Shown here: positions 25,993 to 31,290 of the stretch, piece after piece | Layout: each line of letters starts with the position of its first letter | How positions within the stretch are numbered: the stretch's first letter is position 1 | DNA from: a virus | DNA: 31,290 nt | Direction: 5' to 3' (one strand) | IMG/VR virus record: IMGVR_UViG_3300018025_000052 | Span: 1 to 31,290 of that record | Notes under the pieces: model-generated | Told to the model about the DNA's origin: nothing | Databases searched by the model: none | The model's input: the letters and a program-made list of their open reading frames with translations, nothing else | Program-made: the position numbers and the translations under genes

Positions 25993-27950
25993 ATAGATTT
26001 GTCCTGTACTTGCGGCTCGACCGGGACGGCGGAGCCAATCGAAGGAACGCTATCACGTTGACGCATTTCCTCCGGCTTCACTTCACGGACTGTGGACGTA
26101 CCCCCTTCCATGAATAGTGTCGTAGCTCCTCCCGGAGAGTACCGGCTCAAGTCTACGCGGGCTAGCATGTATGGCCCAAAGTTCTGTTCCTCCTCGACAA
26201 ATCCTTCAAACTCATTTGCCTTAATAACGCCGACGCGGTTGCGATGCAGGCAGATCATAGCATCAACGTTCTTTTCGATTGCGGCGGAGCCAGAGGCGTG
26301 TCGGCTAGCGACGATCTCATTGGCCTCGGGTCGGCGTGGTTGAATGACTAGAACGATGAACAGCCCAAGTTCCATGGCAGTAGCCTTGATGCGGGCACTG
26401 AGGTTGGAGATTTCTTGGGCTTGATGTTGGATGCTTTTGCACATCAACTGAAGGTTGTCCAGCACCATGAACTTGATTCCGTATCGGCGGACGGCTTGCC
26501 GGATTAGGTCAAAAACTTTTTCGGTGTCCTGCGGGTTAGTCTTTCCAAGCAGCAGGTCTGCCGTTCTTTGGCGCAAGACTTCTCTAGCCTTTTCGGTTGT
26601 CTCTTTCGTGTACTGGCTTCGCCCCGGTGTGTCATCGGTCTGTGTTACGTGGCAAACCCATTTACGAGCGATGCGACGCGGCGGCATCTCGAAGCACAAG
26701 AATAATCCCGGCTGATTTAGCTTCACTGTGAGGTAGTCGAACCAGTTCATGCAGAACGTAGTCTTACCGACCTTGCCCTCCGCAATGACTCCGCATACGT
26801 CGCCGTACTCATTTCCCCCGAGCACGATGTCCAGCGATTTCCACGGCGTATCAATCGGCGCATCACTGGTCCCACGCTTGTCAATCTCGGCGTCGATCTC
26901 GTCCAGCGCCGTGAACATATCAGAGACGCCCGGCACTTCCAGCGGCTTTGCTTCGCTCTTCAACTGTGCGAAGTCTTCGGCGGTATGCCCGGCCTGAATC
27001 CATTCGCCAAGGTCCTTGCCGTCCTGCCCATCTTTGCGTTTGAAGGCGGGTAGTTTAATCAGCAGGCATTTCTCGATTCCGATGCGCTTGATGATTTCTG
27101 CGGCGGCGTCCTGCCCGGCCTTGTCAGAGTCGTACAAGATGTAGATTTGACGATGTGGGTCCGGCGCTAATGCCCGCTGGTCCCACCATACGTCTAGCCG
27201 GTCAATCCACGTAGCTTTCTTCATGTTCGCGCCGGGCACACCAAGTACATTGTCGTAGCCAAGGCTCATGAGTGAAATGCAATCGGCCTCTCCCTCGACG
27301 AGGATTAGCTCCGTGGTGTCGGAGTGAATTACATCGGCGTGGTAGATCGGATTTTCGCGGCCTTTGGAGCCAAGGAATCGTGGTTCCTTGCTACCGTCCG
27401 GGCGTGTTTCGAGCCTATGCAAGGCACGCATCTTGGCGTACTGGTAGTTTCCGGCATTGATGTACGGATAGACTAGCCAGCGCCGGGCTTCATTGTTTAC
27501 GCCTAGCAGAAGGCCGAGCTTCATACGCTTGATAACGTCCAATGAGAAGCCGCGCTCCGTGACGTAGCGGAATGCCTCGGCGTCATTCAGCAGGCGTTGA
27601 TGACACTCTTCCAGCGGAGGCAGAGGCAGCGTTTCTCTTGGAACGGCGTCAAGCATGGAGCGAATTTCTACGCCGGGGATAGTCGCATCGCCTAGCTCTT
27701 TCTTGAGGCTTTTTAGCGTTCCTGACCGTCCGCATACTTTGCAGTCGAAAAGATAGTCCGGCTGGTTTTCCGGGTGGTTGGCGTTGACCTTCGGGTCCGT
27801 GCTGACGTAGAAGTGCTGCTCTTTCCCGCACAGCGGGCAATCAGTTAGAATCTGTGAGTCATTCGAGCACAGCTTGTGAGGCCAGCCCTTCGACTTCACG
27901 TAGACTAGCGCCTGAGATTCTTCGACCGGCATTGGTTCTTCGTAAGGCAT
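25989..27950 (-). CDS. Bifunctional primase-helicase (zinc finger + TOPRIM + DnaB-like)
   Basis: CPLC..CKVC, LVEGEADCISL, LYDSDKAG, EGKVGKTT, LDNLQ, VIQP, GSAAIEKNVD. Confidence 0.92.
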   Translation of the reverse strand: MPYEEPMPVEESQALVYVKSKGWPHKLCSNDSQILTDCPLCGKEQHFYVSTDPKVNANHPENQPDYLFDCKVCGRSGTLKSLKKELGDATIPGVEIRSMLDAVPRETLPLPPLEECHQRLLNDAEAFRYVTERGFSLDVIKRMKLGLLLGVNNEARRWLVYPYINAGNYQYAKMRALHRLETRPDGSKEPRFLGSKGRENPIYHADVIHSDTTELILVEGEADCISLMSLGYDNVLGVPGANMKKATWIDRLDVWWDQRALAPDPHRQIYILYDSDKAGQDAAAEIIKRIGIEKCLLIKLPAFKRKDGQDGKDLGEWIQAGHTAEDFAQLKSEAKPLEVPGVSDMFTALDEIDAEIDKRGTSDAPIDTPWKSLDIVLGGNEYGDVCGVIAEGKVGKTTFCMNWFDYLTVKLNQPGLFLCFEMPPRRIARKWVCHVTQTDDTPGRSQYTKETTEKAREVLRQRTADLLLGKTNPQDTEKVFDLIRQAVRRYGIKFMVLDNLQLMCKSIQHQAQEISNLSARIKATAMELGLFIVLVIQPRRPEANEIVASRHASGSAAIEKNVDAMICLHRNRVGVIKANEFEGFVEEEQNFGPYMLARVDLSRYSPGGATTLFMEGGTSTVREVKPEEMRQRDSVPSIGSAVPVEPQVQDKSI

Positions 27951-27974
27951 TACGCTCCTTGGTTTTCAAAGTGT

Positions 27975-28190
27975 TCATCGCAAAGATGAATGGTTTCGTT
28001 TCCAGACTGTACTGTATGGTTCCCGTCTTTGTCGCATTGTTCGTACTGTGCTCCATTCAAAATGTTGGCCCGGCGCTCCGATGGTAGCGATTGTTGCGAG
28101 AAAAAGGTATAGGCTTCCGACCGTAAATACGTTCAACCAGTGGCTCATTTGTTTATCCTCAGCCCGAGTTTGCGCCGGAGCTTCCGGCAC
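27975..28190 (-). CDS. Small hypothetical membrane protein
   Basis: Hydrophobic stretch LNVFTVGSLYLFLATIATIG. The true start may be MSHWL. Confidence 0.45.
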   Translation of the reverse strand: MPEAPAQTRAEDKQMSHWLNVFTVGSLYLFLATIATIGAPGQHFEWSTVRTMRQRREPYSTVWKRNHSSLR

Positions 28191-28381
28191 ATGATCTCGA
28201 ATTTTTCCCTAAGCTCATCGGTCTCGTTGGCGTAGATCGTGTGCGAGCCGATGCGGATAGCGTAGTGTGGGCCTTTCGGCGGAGCATCCTCAAGACGCGA
28301 GGCATACGAAGTAAAGTAGTTCCAGCGTTCCAAGCTGTTCATTACCGCCACTTGCTTTGCATCAAGACCTAGCAGCGCCAT
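28145..28381 (-). CDS. Hypothetical protein (78 aa from MALLGLDAKQ)
   Basis: ATG 28381 follows AAGGGGG. The upstream extension in the ORF track overlaps structured RNA. Confidence 0.55.
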   Translation of the reverse strand: MALLGLDAKQVAVMNSLERWNYFTSYASRLEDAPPKGPHYAIRIGSHTIYANETDELREKFEIMCRKLRRKLGLRINK

Positions 28382-28399
28382 TGGACCCCCTTCTTTACC

Positions 28400-28680
28400 A
28401 GTAGAGGCCGGTGTTACCCGGCCCCACCCGGCTCCGCGTCGGCGTGACGAAGCATACACCCCAATCTTGCCCGTCGAAACCGTAACAGGCCCACAATAAT
28501 CAGCCATAATTTCCCTACGGTCATGGCACGATGTTGTCTGTATACGCCTTGCTTTGCAACACACGTCTAAGAACTTGCCTAACAACTAGGGTATGGCTGA
28601 TTATGGTGGACCTGCGGAGGCGGTGAACGCCGTCCATTAAACTCGGTAGGGGAGTCCTTCGACTCCCCATCCTTGTATGC
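28400..28680 (-). ncRNA. Second permuted tmRNA-like tRNA domain (degenerate T arm)
   Basis: CAGGTCC-A-CCA (28614-28604) pairs 7/7 with GGGCCTG (28492-28486), again with G3.U70. It is followed by TTACGGTTTCGACGGG, a typical tmRNA 5' end. The H2-like pairing GCATACA/TGTATGC is also present. Confidence 0.7.
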
Positions 28681-28960
28681 AAACTACGCATTTGCGTAAA
28701 GCACCTTCGTGTTTTTCGCAGTTAGTTTTGAGAGTTGATTTCGGAAGTCTCCCACTCCCGGCTCAAATAAGCGCCGTTTCCTCTTACCCCGGTCGATGCC
28801 ATTATACCCCCGTATGGTGGAGGTAGAGAGAATCGAACTCTCGTGTCGTTGTATAGTCATACGGCCTGTTTATGAGCGTACTTTATAATAGCTCTCGGCG
28901 GACCAGAACGCCGGGCTACTGCCAGTACCAAGGGGCCTCACGGCCTCCACCATCTGATCT
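28604..28960 (-). ncRNA. ssrA: Circularly permuted (two-piece) tmRNA
   Basis: The T arm GAGAG-TTCGATT-CTCTC and TACCTCC-A-CCA (ends 28815) come before the 5' strand GGGGGTA-TAATGGCATCGAC (starts 28811). The acceptor stem has G3.U70 and A73. PK1 is CGGGAG/CTTCCG plus TGGGAG/CTCTCA. The resume context is CTAACT|GCG, giving tag AKNTKVLYANA* at 28719-28684. Confidence 0.9.
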
Positions 28961-28966
28961 ACCTAC

Positions 28967-28995
28967 AGGATAACACAACCCCTTGCTCAAGTCAA
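28967..28995 (-). promoter_or_regulatory. Sigma70-type promoter TTGACT-N17-TATCCT for the tmRNA precursor
   Basis: Minus strand reads TTGACT tgagcaaggggttgtgt TATCCT, overlapping the helicase stop. The predicted start is about 28960. Confidence 0.78.
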
Positions 28996-30665
28996 GACTT
29001 TCTTAAAACTTTTGAAAGAGCAATTTGAGCCATTCCTTTAGTTATCCCTTGTGGAATAGGTATTCTAAATCTCCGTAAAAGTCTAAGTTGTGCAAGCGTA
29101 GCTTCATCTTTATGCCAACGCGCCTCTCGTCTCACCAGTGTCATTTCTTCGGGGCAAAGCAATCTTACAAATTCTTCAGCGATTCGGAGAGCTTCTGGCA
29201 AATCATTGATGTTATGTTCGTCAACATGATTTATTTTTTCGCCCAATTGCCCACTTACATGCCATTTCTGTACAAGGTCTTCATACACATCTAGCCTACC
29301 GCTTTTCAAATATAGCATGTAATGGCCGTCTGTAGACTTATGCCACCGTAACTTTGATGCTCCAAGAATTTCTTCTGCCCATTTGAAAGAAAACAAATCG
29401 ACGCTTACCGCGTAGCTTCTGAGCTTCAACAGGTCTTGTGCGTCTTTCAGGTTGGCGTTCGGATGCTCTTCTTGAACCTTGTTGAAATAGTCCAGCGCCG
29501 CTGTTACTGTCCGCCCTTGCATGTCCATGCGTTCCGACATACCGAAGAGTTTGGGGACTGTGATGAGCGAGTGCTTCGTAGTGGCGTCCACAACGTCCAG
29601 TAAGATGCAGTCTTCCTTTTTAATAGGCGTATTGTCGGCTCTGGCTTCAAGCAGATTATTGAGACCGTCCGGGATGCGCGTGCCCCGGCCTGTGCATTGG
29701 ACGTAGAGGAGTTGGGACTTGGTTGGCCGGGCCATGACGATGCAGCCGATGTGCCAATCGTCGTATCCTTCGGTGAGGACGGCGCAGTTGCATAGAACTT
29801 TAATGGTTCCATTTCGCAGCGCCATAAGTTTAAAGGCCCGGTTGACATCCTCTCCCCATACGGCAGCCGCCGCGATTCCATGGGCTTGGAAAACAGCCGC
29901 CATTTGTTGAGAATGGCTAATTCCGACGCAGAAAACCAAGGTAGGTCGTCCTTGCGCTTTTTCGAGCCAGTGCTTGACGACAAGCTCATTCCGCTGAGAG
30001 TTGTTAACAGCATTTTCCAATTCATCTGTAGCAAAGTCGCCAGCGCGGGTATGTACTCCATCCAGCGATTGATCTGTTGTAATCTTGTAGCCTCGGAGGT
30101 TGACGAGCCACCCTTGTTTGATGGCATCGAGAATGCCCATCTGGTAAGTGACCTCTGAAAACACTTCGGCAAGGCCCTTTCCATCCGCACGATTAGGCGT
30201 AGCGGTAACTCCAACATGTAGGATGTGGCTCGTGTCGGCCAGCACTCCGAAGTACTGGTAAATGGTTTGGTAACTGTCTGCGATTGCATGATGAGCCTCG
30301 TCTGTGACTATGATTCCAAAGTCTTCCGGCCTCAGTGCTTGCAAGCGGTTTGAATTCGCCCGGCTGAGTGTGGGCACGCTACCGACTACAATCTGCGAAT
30401 TGTTGTCGTCGCGCAGATAACCCATCTCAATTGCCACTGACAATTCAGGATTCCATTTCTTGATCTTGTCTGCGGCCTGCTGCGCAAGCTCCTCCCTATG
30501 CACTAGAACTAACATACGCTTATTTGGTATCAGTCGGGGAAGATTCGCAAAAACTACAGTCTTACCGACGCCGGTAGGCATGGTAACCAATTGACGCTTC
30601 ACGCCTAAATACCATTTGTTAGTGATCGCTTGGAGGGCATCGACTTGGTACGGACGCAGTTTCAT
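28992..30665 (-). CDS. Superfamily 2 (DEAH, ResIII/Irc3-like) helicase
   Basis: LRPYQ, MPTGVGKT, TDEAH, TATP, LTEGYD, QCTGRGTR. ATG 30665 overlaps the upstream stop. Confidence 0.93.
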   Translation of the reverse strand: MKLRPYQVDALQAITNKWYLGVKRQLVTMPTGVGKTVVFANLPRLIPNKRMLVLVHREELAQQAADKIKKWNPELSVAIEMGYLRDDNNSQIVVGSVPTLSRANSNRLQALRPEDFGIIVTDEAHHAIADSYQTIYQYFGVLADTSHILHVGVTATPNRADGKGLAEVFSEVTYQMGILDAIKQGWLVNLRGYKITTDQSLDGVHTRAGDFATDELENAVNNSQRNELVVKHWLEKAQGRPTLVFCVGISHSQQMAAVFQAHGIAAAAVWGEDVNRAFKLMALRNGTIKVLCNCAVLTEGYDDWHIGCIVMARPTKSQLLYVQCTGRGTRIPDGLNNLLEARADNTPIKKEDCILLDVVDATTKHSLITVPKLFGMSERMDMQGRTVTAALDYFNKVQEEHPNANLKDAQDLLKLRSYAVSVDLFSFKWAEEILGASKLRWHKSTDGHYMLYLKSGRLDVYEDLVQKWHVSGQLGEKINHVDEHNINDLPEALRIAEEFVRLLCPEEMTLVRREARWHKDEATLAQLRLLRRFRIPIPQGITKGMAQIALSKVLRKS

Positions 30666-31066
30666 CAATGTCTCTTGTAAGGTTTGGGATAGCTGAGGAT
30701 TTCTACTCTGACCCATGCGAGGCCAGCGTCTACAAAGTCTAGCTTCTTTGCTGCGGCCTGAGAAATGTCGAGCATCCTTCGGGCTACGTAAGGACCACGA
30801 TCATTGATGCGCAGGTTAACGCTTTTGCCATTTCCAAGATTCGTAACACGAATTATAGTACCGAATGGCAGTGTCAGATTCGCGGCAGTCGTCACGTTAC
30901 GGTTGAAGTGTTCCCCGTTCGCAGTTTCGTTGCCTTGAAATTCTTGCCCGTACCAACTTGCTCGGCTAACAGTGTAAGGCGGCGGAGGAAAGTATTCCTT
31001 CGTATCAGACTTGGAGGGCGCACCAAGTAAGATGATGAAGGCAATGATTGTGAGCCTCAGCTTCAT
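30665..31066 (-). CDS. rlpA: RlpA-like (DPBB) lytic transglycosylase with signal peptide
   Basis: ASWYG, TANGE.F, TAA..TLPFGT, RINDRGPY, LDIS.AAA..L. The N-terminus MKLRLTIIAFIILLG is hydrophobic, with ATG at 31066. Confidence 0.9.
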   Translation of the reverse strand: MKLRLTIIAFIILLGAPSKSDTKEYFPPPPYTVSRASWYGQEFQGNETANGEHFNRNVTTAANLTLPFGTIIRVTNLGNGKSVNLRINDRGPYVARRMLDISQAAAKKLDFVDAGLAWVRVEILSYPKPYKRH

Positions 31067-31290
31067 ATATGGACCGAGTGTACCACAACTCCGTCCTTTA
31101 TCCAAGAAAAAATTACAATCCCATTTGCGTTGCCCACGATCATGCGTTTGTGAGAATGAACTAATTCGTGATCTCGTAGACAAAGAGTAATGAGGTTGCT
31201 GGCATCGTCGGTGCTGCCTTTACGGGAGCGAAAAACGATGTGGTGAACATGCAGTGTGTTCCTTCGACCACAGAGCCTACAGCGCCAGCC
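31063..31290 (-). CDS. HNH endonuclease, 3' part only (not in the ORF track)
   Basis: Hand translation gives GWRCRLCGRRNTLHVHHIVFRSRKGSTDDASNLITLCLRDHELVHS...SVHI*. The stop overlaps the rlpA ATG. Confidence 0.85.
   Translation of the reverse strand, partial: GWRCRLCGRRNTLHVHHIVFRSRKGSTDDASNLITLCLRDHELVHSHKRMIVGNANGIVIFSWIKDGVVVHSVHI

Noticed and set aside
16050-27950. Inteins in PolA, RecA or primase-helicase
   Set aside because: The protein lengths are normal and no C1...HN-C/S/T splice motifs or LAGLIDADG blocks were seen.
28145-28585. 146-aa ORF as given in the track
   Set aside because: The first 68 codons start at TTG and overlap strongly structured RNA. ATG 28381 has the better RBS.
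28604-28811. Reading 28811-28604 as an ordinary one-piece tmRNA
   Set aside because: Its 5' GGGGGUA and 3' CAGGUCC mismatch at positions 4, 5 and 7. Each end instead pairs 7/7 with a flanking piece.
28815-28850. tRNA 3' fragment as an attP or integration remnant
   Set aside because: No integrase is nearby, and the matching 5' strand, PK1 and tag follow immediately.
31077-31105. Promoter TTGGAT-N17-TACACT upstream of rlpA
   Set aside because: It lies inside the HNH coding sequence, has a weak -35, and rlpA is already coupled by an ATGA overlap. It is kept only as a weak member of the promoter motif.
1-31290. CRISPR array or DGR template/variable repeat pair
   Set aside because: No regularly spaced repeats, long adenine-mismatched duplicates or reverse transcriptase were noticed by eye.

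Overview
This is a 31.3-kb segment of a tailed, probably podovirus-like, bacteriophage genome made of two converging modules. The + strand (1-10237) carries the end of the virion module: a GT2-TPR glycosyltransferase, a GNAT-like protein, three Gly/Ala-rich ejection-protein-like genes (the largest ending in an M41-like zinc peptidase domain), a free-standing GIY-YIG endonuclease and a SleB-like wall hydrolase. The - strand (31290-10260) carries replication and accessory genes: HNH, RlpA, SF2 helicase, primase-helicase, a stand-alone NrdJ C-terminal domain, resolvase, RecA, a Mom-like DNA-modifying enzyme, a single-module Clp ATPase with an IGF loop, lysozyme, tRNA-His, nucleotide-pool enzymes, PolA and a glycan-synthesis cassette. 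The most striking element lies in the ORF-free gap at 28.4-28.96 kb. It is a circularly permuted (two-piece) tmRNA with G3.U70, PK1 and the tag AKNTKVLYANA*. It is followed by a second permuted tmRNA-like acceptor junction that shares the middle piece, so the precursor may yield a three-piece RNA with two CCA ends. A tRNA-shaped element is also embedded in the start of the Mom-like gene. All assignments come from reading motifs by eye; no database searches were run and the host is not determined.
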